64,000 bases of DNA from Patescibacteria group bacterium (GTDB lineage Bacteria > Patescibacteriota > Minisyncoccia > Phycocordibacterales > UBA9973), in the NCBI GenBank assembly GCA_038061925.1, contig JBBTYD010000005.1, forward strand, positions 13,477-77,476, read 5' to 3'. A model generated the notes under the pieces. The model saw nothing but the letters and a program-made list of their open reading frames with translations, searched no databases and was not told the origin of the DNA. This document shows, piece by piece, positions 1 to 9,569 of this stretch. Positions within the stretch are counted from its first letter, which is position 1; each line of letters begins with the position of its first letter. The translations under genes were made by a program, and so were the position numbers.

Positions 1-2
1 AG

Positions 3-320
3 GGATTATATTTAGGACAAGATTTTGGTAAGTTAGGTAAAGTGGTTAAAACTACGCCAGGAGAGCTAAAAAGCTTTACAAACATTGTTACAAAAGACCC
101 TTATCATGGCTTAAACCAAGCAATTTCCAGAGGGATTTCTCCCCAACTCATACAAGATACAGTAAAAAATCCTCTGATTAAATTACAACAAGACAGCAAC
201 TCCGTTTATCTTAATAAACAAGCTGGAGTTGTTCTTGATAAATTGGGCGGTTTAATTACTACGTATCATAGTAGTGAATTTAAGGTCCATATATCAAATG
301 TATTAAAAAGTATTAAATAA
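3..320 (+). CDS. C-terminal toxin tip (BECR-like RNase?) of a polymorphic toxin, 5'-truncated by window edge
   Basis: Frame is open from position 3. The H-GLNQAISRGISPQ-I-DTVKNP...VVLD..G.LITTY pattern resembles small RNase toxin tips. It is followed by a small ORF and an RHS gene. Confidence 0.55.
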   Translation, partial: GLYLGQDFGKLGKVVKTTPGELKSFTNIVTKDPYHGLNQAISRGISPQLIQDTVKNPLIKLQQDSNSVYLNKQAGVVLDKLGGLITTYHSSEFKVHISNVLKSIK

Positions 321-326
321 AAATTT

Positions 327-602
327 ATGAAAAAAAATGTAATAAATAATTCAATTAAAAAAATTGATAATTATATCCATGAAAGTGACCCATTAGGATT
401 AGGTGGAGCTTCCGGTGAATATTCGGATGTTGTATTTAACCTCTATAGAGTAGCAAAAGAAGGAATGGGTAAAATTACTAACAACCAAATTAAAAACGCT
501 TTTAAAAATATATTTGGCAATCTATCAGACACTTTAAATGTAGAAGACTTGAATCTTATCAAAAGTTTTATTGAAGAAACGATAATTTTAGAAAATGACT
601 GA
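327..602 (+). CDS. putative immunity protein
   Basis: 91-aa AT-rich ORF starting 6 bp after the putative toxin tip, the typical toxin-immunity arrangement. Confidence 0.5.
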   Translation: MKKNVINNSIKKIDNYIHESDPLGLGGASGEYSDVVFNLYRVAKEGMGKITNNQIKNAFKNIFGNLSDTLNVEDLNLIKSFIEETIILEND

Positions 603-3600
603 AGAAAATAAATTTATGATAGAAAAAAAACAAAAAATAATTTCTTTAGTCACTCTACTGTTCTTGGTCTTTCAACCGCTCTCTTTTATTTTAGCTAATA
701 ACAAGACAACGCTACCTCCCACGCTTGCGCCGATAGACAACAGCTCCCCGGTGGATGACGCTCCATCCGTTCCTCTTTTAAAATCAGACCCCGCCGTGGC
801 CAGTTCTCTGCCACCAACATCGGAGGCGCCTTTAGATCTTTCTCCTGCGCCGGCAACCGACAAACTTACAGACAAGAAATCTTTAAGCAGTGTTCAGACT
901 AGCTCCGTCACTTCAGGAACGACACAGTCATACAGCCCCTCCGGCGCTCAAAAAACTTTGCAACCGAAAACAGATTTAAATACCGGGGCTTTGACCTTTG
1001 ATTATCCAATCTCTGCGCCTCCGGGCAGAAATGGTCTAACGCCAGATTTGAAACTTCAATATAACAGCAAGAACAATTTTAACAATAGTATGTTTGGTTA
1101 CGGCTGGACAGATAATATCCCGTATATTGAAAGAATAAACAAAGATGGAACAGACAAGCTTTATGCAGAAAATTATTTCTATTCTTCCACGGACGGAGAG
1201 TTGGTGTCTCAAGGCAACGGAAAATTCACACCCAAAACAGAGTCGGGAAGCTTTTCCAGTTATAATTTTGGAAGTGATCAGTGGCTCGTAACCGACAAAC
1301 AAGGAACGACCTATAAATTCGGTTACAATTCATCTGCCAGACAAGATGACCCAAATGACACTTCGCATATATATAAATGGATGCTGGAAGAAACAAGAGA
1401 CACAAATGATAACTACATCCAATACACCTATAACAAAGACGCGGGACAGATTTATCCGTCCGCTATAAATTATTCTGGCATCTTTGAAATTGAGTTTTTG
1501 AGAGAGTCCAGGGTGGATATAAATAAATCTTATGCCACGACGTTTCTGGTCGCGAGCAATTATCGGATTAGTGAAATACAAATAAAAATAAATAATGTCT
1601 GGGTGAAAAAATACAGTTTAGCTTATACGACGGGAGATAATGGAGTTCGTTCGTTACTCGAAAGTGTTACTGAATCGGGACAGGATGTGAATTCTGTCAT
1701 TACAACTTTACCCACAATTTTTTTTGATTATTATAAAAGCACTCCTGGTTGGAAACTTGATACTAAGACATACACTGCGCCTGTTTCATTTAACGGGTAT
1801 CAAAGTATGCTTGATGTTAACGGTGATGCTTTACCTGATATTGTCGAGTCATACAAATGGAATTGTAATCCAAACCAAGGAATAGTTAAAAACACATATA
1901 TAAATAATACACATAATGCTTGGAGTGAAAATAGTTCATTACAACCTCCAATTTTGTTTAGTCACTGTGATGCGCGTGGAAAGGAATATGGATATGGGTA
2001 TGGATGGAATCGGGGAGTGCGTACGGGAGATGTGAATGGAGATCTTTTGCCCGATATTATAAAGTCAGATGATCACACTCCCTATATTCTAAACGCAAAT
2101 GAATATGATACGTATATAAATACAAACGGTTCATCTTGGGTTCAAAATAAAGCTTGGCTTCCTACAATCACTTTCAATGGTGATGATGATAATGTTGATT
2201 GGAGTTCTTATTTTATTGATCTTAATGCGGATGGGTTGAATGACATTATACGGAACGGAGGAGGAGGAAACGAAAGAACTGGAACTCAAATAAATATAGG
2301 TACAAGTTTTAGTACGTCTACACAAAATTGGAATACCCCCGTTTCTTTAGCAACCTCACAAGATCTTAGTGTCCAATTTGTTGATATAAATAGTGATGGT
2401 CTCCCCGATATCTTATATCAATTTGATAGTTCTATTCCTAGTCGATCTGAAAAATCAATATATCTGAATAAAGGAGATGGAAAGTGGGTACTGGATAATT
2501 CATTTCTTTCAGATGAAATATACTTTGGTAATATTTATCAAGGCAATAGAATTGTCTTTTTTGATGTAAACAATGATGGACTTGTCGACGCAGTGCCAGG
2601 GAGCACCCTTGTGGATAGAAATTTTAACACATATTTAAATACTGGAACAGGCTGGGTGAAATCTCCGACCTGGAATGTACCAGGGAATCCTTGGAATCCT
2701 TGGATTAATTTTACAACATGGCCTTTTTTAAATATTGTTGATATTAATACTGACGGTTCCTTGGATTTTTTTATGACACAAAATTCAACTACCAATGCTT
2801 GGCTAAACAATACAAAAATTCCCACAGATACTCTCAAAAAAATAACTTCCTCAACAGAAGGTAACACTGATATTACTTATAAAAAATCAACACAATATTA
2901 TGATAATTCAAACAATCTTCTCAATCCAAATCTGCCTTTAAATCTAACAACTGTTTCCCAAATCACCATAAATGACGGCAACGGCAACAGCGAAACAACC
3001 TCTTATAGTTACGAAGGCGGTTCTTACTTTTTCAATACGGCTCTCGACCGCAAGTTCGCCGGTTTCAATAAAGTCAGCGAAACAGATTCGGTCGGCAACA
3101 CCACCACCACCTTTTATCATCAAGGCAACCCTTCGACCAGCTCAGGGCAAACACTTCTTGGAGAATATAACGATGACGAATGGAAAATAGGAAAACCGTA
3201 TCGAGTAGAAACGGCAGACAGTTCTGGTAATATCTATTCCAAAGCCATAAACAAGTGGGATGATTCTGATTTGGGCAATGGTAGTAAATTCGTGAAACTG
3301 GCGCAAACTATTGATTCCACTTACGATGGCGACTCAACGCACAAAGACAAAGCGGAAGGGTATGTATATGACAATTTAAACGGCAATCTTCTCCAAAAAA
3401 CAGAATATGGCGAAGTCGTGGGCAACGATAACGGCAGTTTCAGCGATATTGGCAACGACAGTTTTACCACAAATTACACTTATGCAATAGAAAGCGCGAA
3501 ATCTAAAGTAGCCAGTCAAAATACTGTAGACCAAAATTCAAACAAAGTTAAAGAGTCTCTCTATTATTATGACAACTTGCCATTAGGCCAGCTCTCGAAA

Positions 3601-5622
3601 GGCAACCAGACAAAAGAAGAAAAATGGAAAAATGGAAATACATATGTCAATATCCAAAAATCTTACAGAGGTTATGGCTTAGTGAAGGAAAGCGTTGACG
3701 CCAATGGCAATCCAACTAACTATGCTTACGACAATTTTAATTTATATCCCGCCACCATCACGAACGCCCTCAATCAAACCGTGAATCTGGCTTACGATTA
3801 TTCCACCGGTCAAGTCAAGCAAAAGATTGATCCGAATCATCGAGTCTTTCAATATGCTTATGACGGTTTAGGAAGACTTCTCTCGGAAAAACAACCAGAT
3901 CTCGTTGATCCTTCGTCTCTAGTCGTTAGAACCTCATACATATATACCGATACTCCCAACAATGTCGCAACGCAAAAGACTGATTATTTAGACGATTCAA
4001 CTAGCATTGACACATACACATACTTTGATGGTCTGGGCAGAAAAATACAAGAAAAAAAAGAAGCGGAAGATGGATATTCCGTCAAAGATTATGTGTATAA
4101 CAATCGTGGATTGCTGGACAAAGAATCATTGCCTTACAATAGTTCTGGCTCGGCCAGAACTGCCCCGACGACGACATCGGAGCTTTATACTAATTACACT
4201 TATGACCCAGCGCAAAGAGTAACTGCTTCTGTAAATAATCTAGGCACTATCACCAATACCTACAATGATTGGAAACTGACGATCACCAATGCCAATGGCA
4301 AAACAAAAGATCTATCCAAAGACGCTTATAATAATTTAATCCAAGTTGATGAACACCCTTCGATCAGCTCAGGACCGGCAACCACTTATTACTCCTACGA
4401 TTATCTCGGAGATTTGACAAAAATCACGGATGCTTTGGGCAACATCCGGAATTTTACTTACGATGGTTTGGGACGCCGATTGACAGCCCAGGATTTACAC
4501 GCGCCGGGCGACCTTACTTTTGGCGCTTATGTTTATACCTACGATAATAATGGAAATTTAATTAAAATTGTGGACCCCAATGGTTCGAGAAGCTCACCAC
4601 CTACGGCAATCAATTATACCTACGACGTCTTGAATCGGCAGTTAACTGAAGATTACACAAGAAACACCGGAGTGGAAGTAACTTACACCTACGACCGTGG
4701 CGCCGAGGGCCTAGGACGTCTCACAGGCATTGCCACCCGAGCGCTTGCTCAAACTAACACCTACAACGCAGTGGGCGAACTGAAAAGCGAATCAAAAATT
4801 ATTAACGGAGCGACTTATCGGACCAGTTATGATTATGACCGACTGGGCAATCAGATTACAATCACCAATCCAGATTCAGCCATCGTAAAATACAACTACA
4901 ATTCAGCCGGATTGCTGGAATCAGTTCAAAAGAAAGAAGCAAATGATACGGAATACACTGCGGTCGTTAGCAACTTCGATTATTCTCCAACTGAACAACC
5001 TGCCACCATTGTCTATCAGAATGGCGCAACCACCACCAACACTTACGATTCCACCAAACTTTACAGGTTGACTGCTAAAATCACGACCCTCCCCGGATCT
5101 CTCCATCTTCAAGATCTTACTTACACCTATGACGCAGTCGGCAACATTCTCCAAATAGTCGATGCCTCGGCAACGGACACTTCCAAAACAGCCCATTATA
5201 TTTATGATGATTTAGATCGCCTAATGGAAGCCGTGATAACCAATGTCGCGCCGGGTCAAAATGCCTATACCCAAACTTACACCTACAACGCAATTGGTAA
5301 TCTTTTGACCAAATCCGACTTTTCTGGAATTTATATTTACGGAGGTACGAATTATGCCAATCCGCACGCGGTCACATCTATTGGATCAACCCCGCTAACT
5401 TACGACCGCAATGGTAATGAACTAACTAAAGGTTCCGACTTAACCAATACCTGGGATTACAATAACAGGCTAAGTCAAGCCACGGCCGGTTCTAAGACCA
5501 ACGTTTACACTTATGATCCAAGCGGACAAAGAATCGTATCCGCCAATACTGCCTACACTATCACCGCCAGTCCAACGTCTCTACCCATTAAAAATCCAAT
5601 GCCTGCGCCACCAATAGAATGA
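595..5622 (+). CDS. secreted SpvB/TcdB-type FG-GAP + RHS/YD-repeat protein, apparently C-terminally truncated
   Basis: Signal-peptide-like N-terminus, SpvB-like PPGRNGLTPDLKLQYNS...FGYGW, DVNGDxLPD FG-GAP repeats, many YxYDxxGR YD repeats; no terminal PxxxxDPxG motif. Confidence 0.85.
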   Translation: MTEENKFMIEKKQKIISLVTLLFLVFQPLSFILANNKTTLPPTLAPIDNSSPVDDAPSVPLLKSDPAVASSLPPTSEAPLDLSPAPATDKLTDKKSLSSVQTSSVTSGTTQSYSPSGAQKTLQPKTDLNTGALTFDYPISAPPGRNGLTPDLKLQYNSKNNFNNSMFGYGWTDNIPYIERINKDGTDKLYAENYFYSSTDGELVSQGNGKFTPKTESGSFSSYNFGSDQWLVTDKQGTTYKFGYNSSARQDDPNDTSHIYKWMLEETRDTNDNYIQYTYNKDAGQIYPSAINYSGIFEIEFLRESRVDINKSYATTFLVASNYRISEIQIKINNVWVKKYSLAYTTGDNGVRSLLESVTESGQDVNSVITTLPTIFFDYYKSTPGWKLDTKTYTAPVSFNGYQSMLDVNGDALPDIVESYKWNCNPNQGIVKNTYINNTHNAWSENSSLQPPILFSHCDARGKEYGYGYGWNRGVRTGDVNGDLLPDIIKSDDHTPYILNANEYDTYINTNGSSWVQNKAWLPTITFNGDDDNVDWSSYFIDLNADGLNDIIRNGGGGNERTGTQINIGTSFSTSTQNWNTPVSLATSQDLSVQFVDINSDGLPDILYQFDSSIPSRSEKSIYLNKGDGKWVLDNSFLSDEIYFGNIYQGNRIVFFDVNNDGLVDAVPGSTLVDRNFNTYLNTGTGWVKSPTWNVPGNPWNPWINFTTWPFLNIVDINTDGSLDFFMTQNSTTNAWLNNTKIPTDTLKKITSSTEGNTDITYKKSTQYYDNSNNLLNPNLPLNLTTVSQITINDGNGNSETTSYSYEGGSYFFNTALDRKFAGFNKVSETDSVGNTTTTFYHQGNPSTSSGQTLLGEYNDDEWKIGKPYRVETADSSGNIYSKAINKWDDSDLGNGSKFVKLAQTIDSTYDGDSTHKDKAEGYVYDNLNGNLLQKTEYGEVVGNDNGSFSDIGNDSFTTNYTYAIESAKSKVASQNTVDQNSNKVKESLYYYDNLPLGQLSKGNQTKEEKWKNGNTYVNIQKSYRGYGLVKESVDANGNPTNYAYDNFNLYPATITNALNQTVNLAYDYSTGQVKQKIDPNHRVFQYAYDGLGRLLSEKQPDLVDPSSLVVRTSYIYTDTPNNVATQKTDYLDDSTSIDTYTYFDGLGRKIQEKKEAEDGYSVKDYVYNNRGLLDKESLPYNSSGSARTAPTTTSELYTNYTYDPAQRVTASVNNLGTITNTYNDWKLTITNANGKTKDLSKDAYNNLIQVDEHPSISSGPATTYYSYDYLGDLTKITDALGNIRNFTYDGLGRRLTAQDLHAPGDLTFGAYVYTYDNNGNLIKIVDPNGSRSSPPTAINYTYDVLNRQLTEDYTRNTGVEVTYTYDRGAEGLGRLTGIATRALAQTNTYNAVGELKSESKIINGATYRTSYDYDRLGNQITITNPDSAIVKYNYNSAGLLESVQKKEANDTEYTAVVSNFDYSPTEQPATIVYQNGATTTNTYDSTKLYRLTAKITTLPGSLHLQDLTYTYDAVGNILQIVDASATDTSKTAHYIYDDLDRLMEAVITNVAPGQNAYTQTYTYNAIGNLLTKSDFSGIYIYGGTNYANPHAVTSIGSTPLTYDRNGNELTKGSDLTNTWDYNNRLSQATAGSKTNVYTYDPSGQRIVSANTAYTITASPTSLPIKNPMPAPPIE
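3129..3148 (+). repeat. short palindromic element family B (NNNTTCGANNAGCTCANNN), copy 1
   Basis: cccttcgaccagctcagggc, encodes PSTSSG inside the RHS gene. Confidence 0.6.
4356..4374 (+). repeat. short palindromic element family B, copy 2
   Basis: cccttcgatcagctcagga, encodes PSISSG. Confidence 0.6.
4581..4599 (+). repeat. short palindromic element family B, copy 3
   Basis: tggttcgagaagctcacca: same core with a compensated tgg/cca stem, encodes GSRSSP. Confidence 0.55.
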
Positions 5623-5760
5623 TTAGAAAGAATATTTATTCAACCAAATAACCAGCATAAGCATTATCATAGGCCTTGACAATGATGCTGTAGGCAAAGG
5701 CGGAACTTATTAATGTTAAGATAAGAAAATACACTAATGTTTTATTAATTCTGTACATTG

Positions 5761-5833
5761 TGCGCCCGGTTGGGATCGAACCAACGACCTTATCCTTAAA
5801 AGGGATCTGCTCTACCAACTGAGCTACGGGCGC
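5761..5833 (-). tRNA. tRNA-Lys(UUU)
   Basis: Reverse complement GCGCCCGTAGCTCAGTTGGTAGAGCA-GATCC CT TTT AA GGATA-AGGTCGTTGGTTCGATCCCAACCGGGCGCA folds as a cloverleaf. Confidence 0.95.
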
Positions 5834-5894
5834 ATAATCTCATTCAAACATAAAATATATACGAAATAAGCCTAAAAATCAAGATAAAATACAA

Positions 5895-6551
5895 CTAAAA
5901 AACTTTTAGTAAAAACTGTTCGAAAACCGCTTCCGCTTCAATTCCAACTTTGCGAGCTTCAGGCAAAAGGTAACTTAATTTGGAAATTAAATTTTTAAGT
6001 TCGGATGCGGAGAATTTGCGAAAATTTTTTTTTATTATCAGATCTTTTATTTTCCAAAAAAGAACGCCAATGAGCTCTTCCATTCCTACACCCTTATCCA
6101 TCGCCTGCCGAAAATAAATCCACATATTTAACTTGTCTTTCTTTTCAAAAGCGTTCGCGATTAAAAAATTATCAAATTTCTCTCTTTTTTCTTTGGGTAA
6201 TTCAAATATATTAAGCTGAAGTCTCTGGGGAGTAATTTTTTTAAAAACATCTAATATAGGTTTATTCAACTTGCCTTCTAGAAATATAAAAGAATTAACT
6301 GATTCGGCCATTAATTTTAACTTATCTAGAACAAAATCCCTTGTTTCCTCAAATTCCAAAATATTTTGAAAAACCACTCTGGATAACGGAGAAAAAAGAC
6401 TGGCGCCGGAATAAAAGCTTTCAATCTGAATCAGATTAAAATCATTCCTATTTATAAAAAAAAATTCCGCGCCGGCTGGAGCAGACTTTATGAATTTCTC
6501 ATAAGAGAGAAGTTTATTGTTAGCGTCATCGCCACTAAAAAGATATAACAT
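5895..6551 (-). CDS. holA: DNA polymerase III delta subunit-like protein (short)
   Basis: MLYLFSGDD start, SLFS motif, helical C-terminus typical of short CPR HolA-like proteins. Confidence 0.55.
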   Translation of the reverse strand: MLYLFSGDDANNKLLSYEKFIKSAPAGAEFFFINRNDFNLIQIESFYSGASLFSPLSRVVFQNILEFEETRDFVLDKLKLMAESVNSFIFLEGKLNKPILDVFKKITPQRLQLNIFELPKEKREKFDNFLIANAFEKKDKLNMWIYFRQAMDKGVGMEELIGVLFWKIKDLIIKKNFRKFSASELKNLISKLSYLLPEARKVGIEAEAVFEQFLLKVF

Positions 6552-6562
6552 AAATTTTTAAA

Positions 6563-7054
6563 TCAAAGCTTGACTTGCTTTTTATATTCTAAATAAGGGG
6601 TGCCGTATTTCTCGGTCAGGATTCTTTCCTGCTCGTTTAAAAACACAAACTTAGCAATAATAAAAGCAACCAGAACAAACAAAATCACAAAAAGAGCATT
6701 GGCGATGATCCCAAATCCTAGCATTAAGAAAAAAAGACCCCAATGCGTCGGACTGCGAGTATAACAATATGGTCCTTGGCAGAAAGTTTCTTTGCTTATA
6801 TTTTTTGTTTTTAAATCTCGCGAAGTCTTTTGCGCCCAAAGAATCAGAAAACTGGCAAGTACCAATAAAATAATACCTATTGGTGTCATAATGGAGTTTG
6901 AAAAAATTTTAAATTTAAAAATACTATCAAGATAGACACCGATTAAGAATAAAATAAAGCACAGAGTATACGAATGCGCTAAAATCTTATGCACTTTGCT
7001 TTTAGGGAGGTTTTCTTTATCTGAAACCTGTTTTATTTCATTATAAGTTTCCAT
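6563..7054 (-). CDS. isoprenylcysteine carboxyl methyltransferase/PEMT-family membrane protein
   Basis: GPYCYTRSP motif, EQERILTEKYG-PYLEYKKQV C-terminus, TM helices. Confidence 0.75.
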   Translation of the reverse strand: METYNEIKQVSDKENLPKSKVHKILAHSYTLCFILFLIGVYLDSIFKFKIFSNSIMTPIGIILLVLASFLILWAQKTSRDLKTKNISKETFCQGPYCYTRSPTHWGLFFLMLGFGIIANALFVILFVLVAFIIAKFVFLNEQERILTEKYGTPYLEYKKQVKL

Positions 7055-7079
7055 CCTTCATATTATACTACAAAATACC

Positions 7080-9515
7080 CTATTTCACTTCTCCGAAATT
7101 GTCTCCGGAGCCGGAGTGAACTTCTAGAGGAATTTCGGTTTTGTGGTGTAAATATGACCTAGAAAGCACATTCTGCATAGCGTTTTTTATTATTTTATCA
7201 GCTTCCAATAGGATAGTTTCTTCCACTTCATATACCAGCTCATCGTGGATTTGTAGCACCAGATGAACCTTGTCTAAGAGGCCTGCTTTTTTTAAATCTT
7301 CTTCGGCATACCTAATGGCCAGCTTGATAATGTCCGCCGTGGCTGTGCCTTGAATCGGCGCATTCGTCGCAGTCCGTTGCGCCATATTTCTTAAAAAAGG
7401 AATTTTAGAATCAATGTTTGGAAAATACCGGCGGCGACCAAATAAAGTCTCGGTAAAATAATTTTTTAAGGCAAACTTTTTTACTTCTTCTAAATAATCC
7501 CGCACCCCGGAAAATTGATTAAAATAATTATCATAAAATTTTTGCGCTTCTTCTCGCGTACCTCCTAGATTTTTACGTAAAGCGGAGACTCCCATCCCGT
7601 AAAGAATGCCAAAGTTTATCACTTTGGCTTGTCGACGCATCTCGCTATTCACTTCTAGAATAGGCACGCTAAAAATAAAAGACGCCACTCCAGAGTGAAT
7701 ATCTTTTTTCTCGCGAAAAATTTGGGTCATTTTTTTATCCCCGGAGAGTATGGCCGCCACTCGCAATTCAATCTGGCTGTAATCAAAAGCGCAAAGTTTA
7801 GAACCCTCTAGCGCGATAAACCCACCTCGAATTCTTTTTCCAAGTTCTGTTTTTATCGGCAGATTTTGCAAATTGGGATCTTGAGAAGAAAATCTCCCGG
7901 TGGTCGTGCCATTTTGCAAAAACTTCGCATGCAACCTTCCGTCGTCTCCAACCATTTTCGGAATTACATCAATATAAGTAGAAAGCAATTTCTGCAACTC
8001 TCGATAAGCTAATATTTCTTTGATTATCGGATGGGCTTCTTCAAGCTCCTCCAGGATTGAGACCTTGGTGGAAAAAGAACCGCTCATATTTTTCTTTTTG
8101 CCAGATTTTAGACCGAGCTTTCCAAAAAGCACTTCCCCCATTTGCTTGGGCGAGTTTATATTGAATTCTGCGCCAGCCATTTTATATACTTTTTTCGTAA
8201 GTTTGTCTAATTCTTTATGATATTCGACCGATAAATCTTCAAAATACTTTTTATCTATCAAAATTCCATAATCCTCCATTTTTTTCACTATCGGCATTAT
8301 TGGACGCTCTATTTCTTCATACACCCCAACCTGATTTTTTTCTTTCAATTGTTCAAAAATATATTCATAGGCAGTTTGAAAAGAATTAGTGTTGGCGAAT
8401 AGTAAAATATCATCTAACTGCGGATTGGAGATATTAGAATTTATAAGCCAAAGAGCGACACTTGCTTCTTGAAGCTTTAGGGAGTCTATGGTTGACAAAG
8501 AATCCCCCTGCAAAGAATTTTCAGAAACGTGGGTCCCCTGTCCTATGTCTCCGAGGGCGAAGTTTCTAAAATTCTTTGCGGGGGAGTTCTTCATATTAAA
8601 AAAGCCTTGCAAGCGCCCAAACAAGCTCCGAAATTCAAACAAGACAAAAACTTTTTCTATCTTTTTTAAATCCGCATTTTTCCAAAAGGTTTTTTCGGGC
8701 AAAATAAATTCAATCGGCGCATCCGTTCTAATCTTGGCTAAAGTTTTCGAGAATAAAGCTTCTTCCTCATTGTCTTTAATTAATTTTATCATTCTCTCGC
8801 TTAGACCCGCTTTCAAAAAAATTTCTTCACTTTTTTTTATTTTTTCGTAAATTTCTTCCAGAGAGCCAAAGGTGGTGATTAAAATAGTTGCAGTTTTCTC
8901 TCCAATACCTTTAATGCCGATAATATTATCCGACGGATCGCCACGTAATCCCTTATAGTCTGGCAAAAGTTCCGGTTTAAATCCAAAACGATTTAGAACC
9001 GCGTCTTCATCATACAAAATAGTTTCATTAATTCCTTTCTTGAGGGTATAAACTTGCACTTTTTTATCATCCACTAATTGCATCGTGTCCATATCGCCGG
9101 ATGCAATAATTATATTTATTCCACCCGCGGGCGGATTTTTCTTCATTTGTTTGACGATCGTTCCCAACACATCATCCGCCTCAAAACCCGGGCTATCGTA
9201 CATCGAAATGCCAAAAGCTTCAAATATAGAACGTGAGTTTTTTAGCTGGGTTATAAGCGCATCGTCAGCTTTTGTTCTACCCGCTTTATATGCGTCATAG
9301 GCAATATGCCGGAATGTTTTTCCCGGTAAATCATAACAGGCCGCAATATAATCCGGCTTTAGATCAGCAACTATTTTCATCAACATGGAGGAGAGTCCAT
9401 ATAACGCTCCAGTCGGCTCGCCCTTGGACGATAAAAACTCTGGCAACGCATGATAAGCGCGATGGATTATGGCGTGAGCATCTAACAATACCAAGGTCTT
9501 AGTGTTTGGGGACAT
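7080..9515 (-). CDS. polA: DNA polymerase I (5'-3' exonuclease + polymerase domains)
   Basis: LLDAHAIIHRAYHA, EADD, GDPSDNIIG, TGRFSSQDPNLQN, DYSQIELR, QIHDEL; start placed at MSPNTKT. Confidence 0.97.
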   Translation of the reverse strand: MSPNTKTLVLLDAHAIIHRAYHALPEFLSSKGEPTGALYGLSSMLMKIVADLKPDYIAACYDLPGKTFRHIAYDAYKAGRTKADDALITQLKNSRSIFEAFGISMYDSPGFEADDVLGTIVKQMKKNPPAGGINIIIASGDMDTMQLVDDKKVQVYTLKKGINETILYDEDAVLNRFGFKPELLPDYKGLRGDPSDNIIGIKGIGEKTATILITTFGSLEEIYEKIKKSEEIFLKAGLSERMIKLIKDNEEEALFSKTLAKIRTDAPIEFILPEKTFWKNADLKKIEKVFVLFEFRSLFGRLQGFFNMKNSPAKNFRNFALGDIGQGTHVSENSLQGDSLSTIDSLKLQEASVALWLINSNISNPQLDDILLFANTNSFQTAYEYIFEQLKEKNQVGVYEEIERPIMPIVKKMEDYGILIDKKYFEDLSVEYHKELDKLTKKVYKMAGAEFNINSPKQMGEVLFGKLGLKSGKKKNMSGSFSTKVSILEELEEAHPIIKEILAYRELQKLLSTYIDVIPKMVGDDGRLHAKFLQNGTTTGRFSSQDPNLQNLPIKTELGKRIRGGFIALEGSKLCAFDYSQIELRVAAILSGDKKMTQIFREKKDIHSGVASFIFSVPILEVNSEMRRQAKVINFGILYGMGVSALRKNLGGTREEAQKFYDNYFNQFSGVRDYLEEVKKFALKNYFTETLFGRRRYFPNIDSKIPFLRNMAQRTATNAPIQGTATADIIKLAIRYAEEDLKKAGLLDKVHLVLQIHDELVYEVEETILLEADKIIKNAMQNVLSRSYLHHKTEIPLEVHSGSGDNFGEVK
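8503..8585. repeat. long inverted-repeat element in frame within polA
   Basis: Arms tccccctgcaaagaattttcagaaac / gtttctaaaattctttgcggggga. Confidence 0.75.
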
Positions 9516-9569
9516 TATGAAAATTATACCATTTAATATATACTTTATACATAATATCGTAATATATAA

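Noticed and set aside
5636-5818. 60-aa ORF on the minus strand
   Set aside because: Its 5' part overlaps tRNA-Lys. The remaining 40-aa hydrophobic ORF has no independent support.
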